Shown here piece after piece: positions 8,121 to 17,235 of a stretch of 64,000 nt of DNA. Below the pieces are notes generated by a model, which saw only the letters and a program-made list of their open reading frames with translations, had not been told where the DNA came from and did not search any database. Location: the IMG/VR virus record IMGVR_UViG_3300025070_000025. One strand, given 5' to 3'. Each line of letters begins with the position of its first letter. Position 1 is the stretch's first letter. A program made the position numbers and the translations under genes. The stretch comes from an uncultured virus (IMG/VR IMGVR_UViG_3300025070_000025). Taxonomy: Duplodnaviria > Heunggongvirae > Uroviricota > Caudoviricetes.

Positions 8121-8842
8121 TACTCTTTAATATATCCGAAGTCTACCAGATACTTTCTAGTAAGAGCAGTAGGTTCATACACTTCCCACATATTACCGCC
8201 AGCACATGCTGCTAGAGCATTCATCGTCATGTTCTCAGTTCTACCTGCCCAACCTGCTTCTGCTTCCCAAGGTACAGCAGACTTAGGATAAGTACGCTCT
8301 GCCATTACACGCCAGATCATAGGAACTTCATCCTCTGGTTTAATAATAGCAATCAAACTATTATCAATTGTACCTGCCATACAATCTTGTGCTGCGTGCC
8401 ATCCTTCGTGACGCATAACCATCATGAGAACATTAGGTTGTCCCATGTAATCCTTATTCAGGAAGAAGTTGTTGCTTACTGTGTGATAAACACCACGATG
8501 ACCATGAGGGAAATACTTACTATCAGCAAGGAATACATTCACACCAACTTGATTGAGTGAGTGCAACATATTATGAAACTCACCAGTCACACCAGTGAAT
8601 TCTTCAGTGTTATCATATTCTGATGAGATATCAAGCATAGAGTATACTTTCTTGACACCATCAGTGCATTCACCCAACAACATACAACCCATACTATCCA
8701 TGGAGTTATATCCTTTAGTGATCTTATGATCATCAGCAAGAATATTTACCGTTGTCTCCTCTGGGTGATGATGTGGAGTAGTAAGTTGATGTGCCACAGC
8801 AGGAGTTGCTGTAAGCAGCAAGGCTAGTAAAAGTTTTTTCAT
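8120..8842 (-). CDS. Exported zincin-like metallopeptidase
   Basis: Signal peptide MKKLLLALLLTATPAVA; HEGWH (HExxH) and downstream WEAEA (ExxA). Confidence 0.7.
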   Translation of the reverse strand: MKKLLLALLLTATPAVAHQLTTPHHHPEETTVNILADDHKITKGYNSMDSMGCMLLGECTDGVKKVYSMLDISSEYDNTEEFTGVTGEFHNMLHSLNQVGVNVFLADSKYFPHGHRGVYHTVSNNFFLNKDYMGQPNVLMMVMRHEGWHAAQDCMAGTIDNSLIAIIKPEDEVPMIWRVMAERTYPKSAVPWEAEAGWAGRTENMTMNALAACAGGNMWEVYEPTALTRKYLVDFGYIKE

Positions 8843-8844
8843 GA

Positions 8845-9177
8845 TTAATTTTGAAAGGTTTTAATGAAGTACTCAGCGTCAATTACTACTAAAGGTTTCT
8901 TACCATTTTTTTTGATAATAACAATAGGTTCATAATCCCCGCAATTGGACGCTGATTGTTCATATGCGTCCCAGATATTTAGTTTCTCCACGTTCTTGCA
9001 TTCTATACTATGAGGGAACTTTTGTCTAGCTGCTCTTGCCATAATGAGATCTTCTCCACCAGCACCCATAGACCGAGATTCAATGTCCTCAGGATGTACG
9101 CTAAGATGTTCGATCAATTTATCTCTTACCCACTGCTGTAACTTCCTACCCTTTGCCTTAGCAGATTGTGGTTTCAT
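8845..9177 (-). CDS. Holliday-junction-resolvase-like PD-(D/E)xK endonuclease
   Basis: SAKAKGR N-terminus, GEDL, SIECKN; start moved to MKPQ, downstream of the hairpin/SD. Confidence 0.75.
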   Translation of the reverse strand: MKPQSAKAKGRKLQQWVRDKLIEHLSVHPEDIESRSMGAGGEDLIMARAARQKFPHSIECKNVEKLNIWDAYEQSASNCGDYEPIVIIKKNGKKPLVVIDAEYFIKTFQN

Positions 9178-9212
9178 AAAAAATACCCCCATCATATGAT
9201 GAAGGTATTTAG
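9178..9212 (-). promoter_or_regulatory. Late promoter overlapping an RBS-sequestering/terminator-like hairpin
   Basis: Minus strand CTAAATACCTTCATC-ATAT-GATGGGGGTATTTTTT-ATG. Confidence 0.7.
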
Positions 9213-9218
9213 ATTACA

Positions 9219-9377
9219 TTAGGATGTCATCCCACGGATCTGGTATCTGTATTTTATTGCCTGTAAATGAAACGCTTGACCCAGACTCATCGGTCCTAAC
9301 TTCAGAAGTGTGTACTCTTCGTCTGTCAGTTTCGGGTCTTTTAATGCTAACAGTTTCCACGGTGGTTGTCTTGTCAC
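9219..9377 (-). CDS. Hypothetical protein (52 aa)
   Basis: GTG start overlapping the nrdB stop (GTGA): MTRQPPWKLLALKDPKLTDEEYTLLKLGPMSLGQAFHLQAIKYRYQIRGMTS. Confidence 0.55.
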   Translation of the reverse strand: MTRQPPWKLLALKDPKLTDEEYTLLKLGPMSLGQAFHLQAIKYRYQIRGMTS

Positions 9378-10561
9378 AATTGAAAACCAGCGAAAGTATC
9401 TTTCTTAACATCCTGCTTAATTCCTCCAACGATGTAACTTTCATTCTCAGTTTCCTGAGGTGCAACTTGAAGACCTTTAGAGGAAATCCAATGCTCGGTC
9501 CATGGTAGTGGATTGTTCTTAGCAGCAACATCATAAACAGGTTTCAAACCGATTGCTTTCATGCGACGGTTAGCAACCCACTCAACATATTGTGTAAGAA
9601 GTTTAGCATTGAGACCGATCATAGAACCTTTCTGGAAGAGATAGTCTGCCCAGACACGTTCCTCACTTACCGCTGCCTCAAATGCTTGATAGACCCACTG
9701 CTCTTCTTCTTCAGCAATTCTAACCATGTCTGGGTCGTCTCCCTGACGCCATTTATTGATAATGTTTTGTGTAAGAACAAGATGTTGGTTTTCGTCTCTG
9801 GCGATGAGAGAGATAATTTTAGCGGATCCCTCCATGAGTTTAAGCTCTCCAAAAGCGAATGAACACGCGAACGAAACATAGAACCTGATACCTTCGAGGA
9901 TGTTGACATTGACTACAGCGCGATAAAGTTTACGTTTCAGTTCATACAGATCGTATTCAGCACAGGGAACTCCCTCAAGAGCATGTTCCCACTGATTACC
10001 ACTTCCATATGACTGAGCGTGGTTGATGAAATCATCATACGCACCCGTGACTGTTTCGGCGCGTGATAATATCATAGCGTCATCCAGGATCGTGTCAAGC
10101 ACTTCTGCTGGATCAGCATAAACATTTTTAATGATGTGAGTATATGAACGACTGTGGATCATCTCCATGAAACCCCAGACTTCCATACATGCTTCCAGTT
10201 CAGGCAGAGAACAGTATGGAATGAATGCCATACCAGGAGCACGACCCTGAACTGAGTCAAGCATGATCTGATACTTCAAATTAGAAGTAAAGATATGCTT
10301 TTGTTCTGGACGCAATGATTGATAATCACCGCGATCTTTCTGCAAAGAAACCTCTTCAGGTCTCCAGAAGTATCCAAGTTGTGTCTGAGTAAGTTTATCA
10401 AACACTGGATACTTATAAGTATCATAACGTTGAACACCAAGAGGAGCACCGAAGAACATCGGTTGCTTCTTAGTATCAACTTTATCTTTATTGAATACAG
10501 TCATACCACGGACAGTGGTATTGATGTCGCTAGATCCTACTCTAAAGTTTACAGGACTCAC
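9374..10561 (-). CDS. nrdB: Ribonucleotide reductase class Ia beta subunit
   Basis: FWRPEEV, DSVQGR, EMIHSRSY, LEGIRFYVSF, RDENQH, VAPQETE. Confidence 0.97.
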   Translation of the reverse strand: MSPVNFRVGSSDINTTVRGMTVFNKDKVDTKKQPMFFGAPLGVQRYDTYKYPVFDKLTQTQLGYFWRPEEVSLQKDRGDYQSLRPEQKHIFTSNLKYQIMLDSVQGRAPGMAFIPYCSLPELEACMEVWGFMEMIHSRSYTHIIKNVYADPAEVLDTILDDAMILSRAETVTGAYDDFINHAQSYGSGNQWEHALEGVPCAEYDLYELKRKLYRAVVNVNILEGIRFYVSFACSFAFGELKLMEGSAKIISLIARDENQHLVLTQNIINKWRQGDDPDMVRIAEEEEQWVYQAFEAAVSEERVWADYLFQKGSMIGLNAKLLTQYVEWVANRRMKAIGLKPVYDVAAKNNPLPWTEHWISSKGLQVAPQETENESYIVGGIKQDVKKDTFAGFQL

Positions 10562-12848
10562 AGTCTTCCTCCTCGGTGTTTTCTATACTTGAAATTAAAC
10601 TTTCTAAACTCTGCTTCACATCTTCCTGATATTCATCAGTCTTGATGTCGTATGTATTCTGATAATAAGAAGTCTTCCAGCCATACTTGTAAGTAGTGAG
10701 GAAGTCTTGTGCCATTACTGAAACTGGAACCTCATTGTTATCAAACTGTTCTGGATTATAAGACCAGTTACCACTAATTCCTTGATCAAAGAACTTTTGC
10801 ATAACAGCAACAATCTTAATGTATCCGGCATTAGATGCCATATCCCACAAGAGTGTGTAGTTATTCTTCAGTGTAGTATACTGAGGAACAATTTGCTTAA
10901 GAACCCCCTTCTTGGATTTTTTAATGGACAAGTAAGCTCTTGGCGGCTCAATTCCATTAGTGGCATTTGACACAACGGAACTGCTTTCCGATGGCATTTG
11001 TGCGGACAATGTTGAGTGCCGTAAACCGAACTCATTGATAGATGCCCTAAGAGACTCCCAATCATAATTGTAATGTGGTGATACGATACTATCTACATCA
11101 GTCTTATATGTATCAATTGGAAGAATTCCATCAGAATATTTGGTCCTATGGAATGCTTCACATACTCCTTTTTCTTTAGCAACTTCATTAGAAGATTTCA
11201 AAAGGAAGTATTGGAATGCTTCAGTCAATTCATGAACTAAATTCCATGACCCCTGATCATCATAGTGCTCGCCGTTACGAGCGAGGTAATGTGCTAAACC
11301 AATAAACCCTACCCCCAATGATCTTCTCGCCTTTGTAGAGCGTTCTGCAGCGACTACAGGGTATTTCTGATAGTCGATTAGTTCCTCTAGACTACGAACA
11401 GAAAGATCGCATAGTTCTTCCATCTCAGAAAGTTTGTAGATCTTACCTACATTGATAGCAGAAAGAATGCAAAGAGCAATCTCACCATCAGGATCATCGA
11501 TATGAGTAAGTGGTTTAGTCGGAAGAGTGATCTCCTGACAAAGATTACTCATATAAACAGGATCTTTAAAGGAAGAGTGAGTGTTGCAGTGATCGATATT
11601 CATAAGATACAACCGACCAGTCTCTGCTCTCTCCTTCAGGATGTTTAGAATTAGTTCCTGTGCCCCGACAGTCTTTCTTGGAACAGCATCATTGAGTTCA
11701 TGCATCCGATATAGAGTGTCAAAGTCATCAGTACCAAAAGCATCATAGAGACCTGGTACGTCATGCGGTGAGAACAGGCTAATCTCTCCATTCGCAATGA
11801 AACGTTCGTAGAAAATCTTTGAAATTTGGATTGAGTAGTCAAGTTTCCTCACTCGATTGTCTTCTGTACCCTTATTGTTCTTAAGAACAATAATGTCTTC
11901 TATTTCTTGGTGCCAGATTGGGAAGTGTACTGTAGCCGATCCACCGCGTATGCCATTCTGAGTGCAACATCTGACAGTTGCTTCAAATTTTTTGAGGAAT
12001 GGGACAACACCTGTGTGCTGTACTTCTCCCCCTCGGATCTTAGCGTTGATGCCACGGATTCTGCCTGCGTTGATACCGATTCCTGCACGTTGAGCAACAT
12101 ACTGACCAATCGCCATGTCACTAGAAAAGATGCTATTGAGGGTGTCATCGCTATCAATAAGAACACAGCTAGCAAACTGTCGAAGTGGAGTTCGCACCCC
12201 TGCCAAGATAGGTGTGGGAACGTTGATCTTGTGTTTGCTGATTGCGTTGTAGTATCTTCTGACATAATCGAGACGAGTCTCCTGAGGATATTCTGCGAAA
12301 ATTGTAGCGGCGACTAACAAATATGCATACTGAGGAGTTTCATACATTGCATGTGAACTCCTATCTTGGACGAGATACTTGTCAACTACCTGACGAAGAC
12401 CAGCATAGGTAAACAAATAGTCACGACCATGATCTAAGAATGAATGAATTTTTTCCCACTCATCATCAGAATATTTAGTCACTAATTCAGCATCATAGAT
12501 GCCACGATCAATGCCTTCATTCAAATGTTCTTTGAGATCAGGAAATCCATTCTGCCAGTCTGGTCCAAAGACTTGCTTATAAAGACCAAACAATAGTAGA
12601 CGTGCTGCTACAAATTGATAGTTTGGATTATCCAAAGAGATGAGATCACTAGCAGAACGAACAAGGATCTCTTGAATTTTATCAGTAGGGATACCATCAT
12701 AAAATTGAATTCCTGAATTCATTTCTACTTGACTCGCAGAAACTCCAGCAAGATTATGACAAGCACATTCGACCATCGAATGAATTTTTTCCAGGTTCAG
12801 TGGTTCAATTTCACCACTGCGCTTAACAACTTTGATACCGTTACTCAT
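10542..12848 (-). CDS. nrdA: Ribonucleotide reductase class Ia alpha subunit
   Basis: ATP-cone N-terminus, QFASCVL, SNLCQEI, KTSYY, C-terminal CESC. Confidence 0.98.
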   Translation of the reverse strand: MSNGIKVVKRSGEIEPLNLEKIHSMVECACHNLAGVSASQVEMNSGIQFYDGIPTDKIQEILVRSASDLISLDNPNYQFVAARLLLFGLYKQVFGPDWQNGFPDLKEHLNEGIDRGIYDAELVTKYSDDEWEKIHSFLDHGRDYLFTYAGLRQVVDKYLVQDRSSHAMYETPQYAYLLVAATIFAEYPQETRLDYVRRYYNAISKHKINVPTPILAGVRTPLRQFASCVLIDSDDTLNSIFSSDMAIGQYVAQRAGIGINAGRIRGINAKIRGGEVQHTGVVPFLKKFEATVRCCTQNGIRGGSATVHFPIWHQEIEDIIVLKNNKGTEDNRVRKLDYSIQISKIFYERFIANGEISLFSPHDVPGLYDAFGTDDFDTLYRMHELNDAVPRKTVGAQELILNILKERAETGRLYLMNIDHCNTHSSFKDPVYMSNLCQEITLPTKPLTHIDDPDGEIALCILSAINVGKIYKLSEMEELCDLSVRSLEELIDYQKYPVVAAERSTKARRSLGVGFIGLAHYLARNGEHYDDQGSWNLVHELTEAFQYFLLKSSNEVAKEKGVCEAFHRTKYSDGILPIDTYKTDVDSIVSPHYNYDWESLRASINEFGLRHSTLSAQMPSESSSVVSNATNGIEPPRAYLSIKKSKKGVLKQIVPQYTTLKNNYTLLWDMASNAGYIKIVAVMQKFFDQGISGNWSYNPEQFDNNEVPVSVMAQDFLTTYKYGWKTSYYQNTYDIKTDEYQEDVKQSLESLISSIENTEEEDCESCKL

Positions 12849-13825
12849 ACTTTCTTCCAGGCGTTTAATTTAATGATTGCTTCTAGTCCTTGGTAGGTAT
12901 TACATTCTACCAGATTTTGCACGTTGTGTCCAGACATCTTCATGTCATTGATATCTTTTTCAATCACGGTACTCGGCCAGATGACGATACTGTTCCCGGA
13001 TGAGATAAGTTTTTCATACTTGGCGACAATCTCTTTGTTTCGTGGTTCATTGTCCAGAACATAAATGAGATCGTTGAACTCAGTGCCATCCAACGTAACG
13101 TCAGATCCACACATGGCGATTGCATTTGATAAAAACAAGGAATCAAATGGTCCTTCTGTGACATATATTTTCTTAGTATTGTTTACTCTATCAAGTCCAA
13201 ATAATTTAGGAAATGATTTATCTAAAATCGTTGTGATGTAACGAAGTTTGGTATTTTTATCTAATGACCTCCCTTGATGCCCAAACACTTTGCCATCACT
13301 GGACATTAGTGGGATGACGATCCTAGATTCTTTTTGATTATTGCTGAGTTTTGCCCAAGCATTGAAGTCCTCTGCGTAGTAAAAAATTGAGAATAAATCC
13401 TCTGGAATTTGGCGCTGACTTAAGTATACTTTTGCGGGATGTTCTTTATTTAGAGTTTCGACTTTTTTAAGATCTGAGAATATATCTTTCTTAAATACCG
13501 GAGTGGGAATTTTAAAATCTGGCACTGCAGTATTAGATCCCTTGCCAGTGAGACCTTCTTTATATCTCTCCATAATGTACTCATCATGGAGTGCAGGAGA
13601 TTGATCTTTTAAGAAATTTGTAAACGTTCTACCCATGCCACAGTTGTGACATTTAAAAAAGTAATCATTACGTTTCCGATAAAAATAACCCCTAGTTTTA
13701 TTGCGGTGCTTCTGTGAGTCACCGCAGTAGGGGCATCTGAATGTATACAGATCTGATTTCTTTTTAGCAAACTTTACAAGTTGAGGCGAGATAAGATTAA
13801 TATACTTCGCATCAATAAAATTCAT
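12845..13825 (-). CDS. gp61: DNA primase
   Basis: CPYCGDS...CHNC zinc finger; TOPRIM VTEGPFDS and DNE. Confidence 0.95.
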   Translation of the reverse strand: MNFIDAKYINLISPQLVKFAKKKSDLYTFRCPYCGDSQKHRNKTRGYFYRKRNDYFFKCHNCGMGRTFTNFLKDQSPALHDEYIMERYKEGLTGKGSNTAVPDFKIPTPVFKKDIFSDLKKVETLNKEHPAKVYLSQRQIPEDLFSIFYYAEDFNAWAKLSNNQKESRIVIPLMSSDGKVFGHQGRSLDKNTKLRYITTILDKSFPKLFGLDRVNNTKKIYVTEGPFDSLFLSNAIAMCGSDVTLDGTEFNDLIYVLDNEPRNKEIVAKYEKLISSGNSIVIWPSTVIEKDINDMKMSGHNVQNLVECNTYQGLEAIIKLNAWKKV

Positions 13826-13844
13826 ACTATAGGGGCGAGTTGCT

Positions 13845-14252
13845 TCACCTCACTATAGCAGCTTGCTGGTACGCTGTCAATGATGCTTGAGGCAACTGGT
13901 TCATTGTAGGAGTGCCACCAAAAGTATCGGATATCCTCAGTAAAATGACTGCTGCTGTAGCAACACCAACACTTACCCAACGGAAACGAGAGAGTTGTTC
14001 TACTCTACCTTCTACTTTATCAATCTTATCTTCTACTTTTTCAATCAGTTTAATTAATGCATTACTATTCTTATCAACTTCGTCTAATCTATTTTCATGA
14101 CGTTCCAGAATGATTGCCACTCTGTTACTATTCTCAGATATGGATGTAACTGCTCTTTCTAACTTATCCAACATTTCTTTTGAAAGGTCTTCATAGATAT
14201 CAAGTTTTGATTTGAGGACTGCTAAGTCTCTCCCAGATCCAAAAGGTGACAT
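13845..14252 (-). CDS. Coiled-coil protein with C-terminal TM
   Basis: Heptad pattern followed by WVSVGVATAAVILL. Confidence 0.7.
   Translation of the reverse strand: MSPFGSGRDLAVLKSKLDIYEDLSKEMLDKLERAVTSISENSNRVAIILERHENRLDEVDKNSNALIKLIEKVEDKIDKVEGRVEQLSRFRWVSVGVATAAVILLRISDTFGGTPTMNQLPQASLTAYQQAAIVR
13852..13880 (-). promoter_or_regulatory. Sigma70-type promoter for primase-nrdAB
   Basis: TTGACA-17 nt-TATAGT with TGn extension. Confidence 0.8.
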
Positions 14253-14253
14253 G

Positions 14254-14997
14254 TTATACAGATGACGGATTGAACTGCATAATCTTAAGGAAATCTTCTA
14301 CACTCTTATTCATGAGGAAACGATACTGATCCTGAACGCCAGCGTCGAGTGCTTCAAATGTAGCAACCATTCTCTTAGCAACATCAGTGTTAACTCTGAG
14401 TGAACGACCGTCTCTGAACTGAACGAAACCTTCTACTTCTTGATTGCCATAGGTAGATTCCTGCGCCAGTTTCATGAGAGTTCCAAGAACTTCCAATCCA
14501 GGAGCCTGAGTTCCTGCTGATTCTGATACTTGCTTCTGAAGATTACTAGACTTCTCAGATGCTTTCTTTCTGAAGTCAGACAAACGTGCCTTCATCAGAG
14601 TATCCATCTCTTTAGTCTTATTCTGCATTTTGCCTTTGGCATCCTGCGCTTTCTTCTGAACTTCTTTCTGCTTGTTCAGTTTCTTCTGCTGAGTGATAGA
14701 TTTCTGTGCCCTCTCAGTTTCTGATGGACCCTTCTGCTTATCATCAGCTTCGATGATGTGTTGTTCTTGTGTCATTTTTTTCTTTGCCTTCTTGTCTCGG
14801 TTGGTTAAAATTCTGTTTACAAGTTTACGACCTGCTTTTGTTCTACCATCATACTTTTTCTTTTTCTTACTGGCAGGAATACCAGGAGGTTCATGTGCAG
14901 GAGGTAGTGCTACATTAGCACCGGAACCAACAGAATTTGTTGGTTCTTCCCACATTTGATATCTCGCTTGCTGTAGAAGTTTTCTAATGTTTTTCAT
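14254..14997 (-). CDS. Lys/Gln-rich hypothetical protein, possible internal virion protein
   Basis: Basic low-complexity segments punctuated by hydrophobic-x-E sites. Confidence 0.7.
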   Translation of the reverse strand: MKNIRKLLQQARYQMWEEPTNSVGSGANVALPPAHEPPGIPASKKKKKYDGRTKAGRKLVNRILTNRDKKAKKKMTQEQHIIEADDKQKGPSETERAQKSITQQKKLNKQKEVQKKAQDAKGKMQNKTKEMDTLMKARLSDFRKKASEKSSNLQKQVSESAGTQAPGLEVLGTLMKLAQESTYGNQEVEGFVQFRDGRSLRVNTDVAKRMVATFEALDAGVQDQYRFLMNKSVEDFLKIMQFNPSSV

Positions 14998-15356
14998 ATT
15001 TTATTTAGTTCTTCTAAACATTTATAATCTGGTTCAACATGATCCAGATAGTTTGGTGGCATCCTGTTTAAGTATATCAGAAAAGATTTGAGAACAGGCC
15101 AACAATTTCTTTCAATTTTATAAAACAGCAAAGGAACTGTTGCATCATTAAATACATTAAAAAGAATAATCAAATGATTTAAAATTAAATGATGTTTAAG
15201 TATGTCAGAATTTATATACTTTCGCATAAGTTTTTTGACATACTTAAATCTCTTTAAATCCTCATCAAATTCTTCTTTAGTAGTACAGTGTGGATTGTTG
15301 TAATATTTAATTGCAAAGAAGACATAGTTGTCTTCGTTCAGTTCATCAAATCTCAT
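14994..15356 (-). CDS. Conserved T4-like phage hypothetical protein
   Basis: YNNPHC...EFDEDLKRFKY...LILNHLIILFNVF. Confidence 0.8.
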   Translation of the reverse strand: MRFDELNEDNYVFFAIKYYNNPHCTTKEEFDEDLKRFKYVKKLMRKYINSDILKHHLILNHLIILFNVFNDATVPLLFYKIERNCWPVLKSFLIYLNRMPPNYLDHVEPDYKCLEELNKI

Positions 15357-15363
15357 TTAATTA

Positions 15364-15954
15364 TCAGGTAACGGTAAGTGTAGCAGCGTCAGAAGTAACA
15401 TCAGCACCACCGGTAACAGAAACTACACAACGATACTGATTAGCATCGAGTCCTGTAACATCCGAGATGGCAAGTGTATTCGTAGCAGAACCACTGACAA
15501 CACCTGCATCAGATGAATTAGCAAAGTTTGATCCGGCATCAGTAGAAACTTGCCACTGGAAGGAAAGTGTTCCACCTGTAGGACGGGAGACAGCAGCAAC
15601 AACGAATTGACCTGCGGCACCACCGGCTACTGAAGCAGATGCTGGTTGTGAATCAATAGTGATACCAAAGTCTGCTGCGATAGCATCATCTGCCTGACTT
15701 TCTGCACTATTTGCTTCAGGACTAGAGATAACTGCCAGACACTCTGCCTTAGTGCGAGTTACTGTTCCTTGTGAATAGGTGGCAAATGCCCACCAACCAG
15801 GACCACTGATGCCACGAGCTTTGTTCTCAGCGAGGTTTGCTTCCTGTGCGTCAACAAATACTACAGTCTGAGACTGTGATCCAGGACCGTTACCACGGAC
15901 TCCTTCAACCTTAGTTTTGTTCGCGTTGGAATCGGTATTTCCGTATAACGCCAT
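15364..15954 (-). CDS. Virion protein with C-terminal Ig-like domain
   Basis: ITIDSQP...LSFQWQ...TLAISDV...YRCVVS...SDAATLTV; consensus late promoter upstream. Confidence 0.75.
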   Translation of the reverse strand: MALYGNTDSNANKTKVEGVRGNGPGSQSQTVVFVDAQEANLAENKARGISGPGWWAFATYSQGTVTRTKAECLAVISSPEANSAESQADDAIAADFGITIDSQPASASVAGGAAGQFVVAAVSRPTGGTLSFQWQVSTDAGSNFANSSDAGVVSGSATNTLAISDVTGLDANQYRCVVSVTGGADVTSDAATLTVT

Positions 15955-15989
15955 GTGATTTACCTTTGAAAGTTTTCGTAATCTTTGAT

Positions 15990-15997
15990 TATTTATA
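15990..15997 (-). promoter_or_regulatory. T4-type late promoter
   Basis: Perfect TATAAATA. Confidence 0.8.
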
Positions 15998-16019
15998 AAA
16001 AAAGGGGAGTATACTCCCC
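15997..16019 (-). terminator. Intrinsic terminator
   Basis: GGGGAG-TATA-CTCCCC followed by T7. Confidence 0.85.
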
Positions 16020-16046
16020 AGTAAAATACCTAATTAGTAACTGCTA

Positions 16047-16250
16047 TCAGGCTTCTTCGCGAGAATTGATTGCCTTGGTAACAACTTCTAAAAGTTGATC
16101 GTCCATATCAGTCTTAGTTAACTTAACTGCCTTAGCAAGAATAACAAGACAGATCTCAACAAGTTTCTCACCCAATTCTTCATTGTCTGGAACTTTAGAA
16201 ACAGCATCGGAAATAACTTTGGATGCTAGTGGAAGTAGAAAGGATAACAT
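16047..16250 (-). CDS. Hypothetical protein
   Basis: GAGG RBS before MLSFLLPLASK. Confidence 0.7.
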   Translation of the reverse strand: MLSFLLPLASKVISDAVSKVPDNEELGEKLVEICLVILAKAVKLTKTDMDDQLLEVVTKAINSREEA

Positions 16251-16288
16251 GGTAAACCTCATTAGTAATGTCTACCATATATATGCCT

Positions 16289-17206
16289 TTAGTATTTTTT
16301 TACCTTCATTTTACTTCCACAACCTTCATCTACACTATCTTCACATTTACATTCATCAGTTCCATGAACGGGACACTTAGTTCCTGCTTTGGAATTATTG
16401 CATTTGCCTTCTTCCAATCCCATCTCAGATCTCCAATCGGAGAACTCTTCTTTCTTAGTTCCAATTGCTTTACTGATTGCCTTACGACGCTTCATAAGGT
16501 ACTTATCACTCTTATCAGTATCACCATCATTATCAACATCAGAATCTTCTTTGCCGACTGGATCAAGTCTTTTTTCATCTAGATCTTCCTCCTTCACACA
16601 GTTAGGTACAACCTTACCGCCCTTCTTCTTAGTTCCCTTTGCCTTGTATCCATCCCAGCAAGAGTCAGCACCGACATTAGCACGGGCTTGCTTCATGCTA
16701 CCTTCAAACAATTTACCGGAGGAAAGTTTTGTTAACGTAGCATCCATCAGTGATGATGAATACTGATCCTCAACAGTCTTTTTATCATCAACTTCTCCGT
16801 AGCACTCTTTTCCAGCAATGCCATCAGAGGATCGCTTGATTAAAGAATCCGAATAATTATCGTTGTACATTTCTTTATGGGTACTTTTTCTTTTATTTAT
16901 AGATGTAGACCCCTCAGGAGTCTTAGTCTTACCATAACGTTCTTTCTTTTGACCTGGTGTCAAATCCTGAAGATACTCTCTGGTCTCATCAGTTCCAAGT
17001 TCATGGACCTCACTGATATCAGAAATCCAACTTCTAAAAGTCTTATGATCTTCATCTAAACAGATCACATAGTTGGGTCCACGTCTAATAATAGTGCCAA
17101 CTCTATCATTTCCATTACGAACTTTCATTCCTTCAGGGAAGATCTCCTCGTTATAATATTGTTCACGAATATAAACCTTCTGATTGTATTCCGAAAAGTT
17201 ATACAT
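16289..17206 (-). CDS. Modular Lys/Glu-rich protein, probable internal virion protein
   Basis: N-terminal beta domain then short modules (CWDGY..PNC, DSDVDNDGD, CPVHG) separated by (L/I/V)xE sites; AATAAATA at 17230-17237. Confidence 0.75.
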   Translation of the reverse strand: MYNFSEYNQKVYIREQYYNEEIFPEGMKVRNGNDRVGTIIRRGPNYVICLDEDHKTFRSWISDISEVHELGTDETREYLQDLTPGQKKERYGKTKTPEGSTSINKRKSTHKEMYNDNYSDSLIKRSSDGIAGKECYGEVDDKKTVEDQYSSSLMDATLTKLSSGKLFEGSMKQARANVGADSCWDGYKAKGTKKKGGKVVPNCVKEEDLDEKRLDPVGKEDSDVDNDGDTDKSDKYLMKRRKAISKAIGTKKEEFSDWRSEMGLEEGKCNNSKAGTKCPVHGTDECKCEDSVDEGCGSKMKVKKY

Positions 17207-17235
17207 TAATAATTTAAATTGTGTTCAACTATTTA

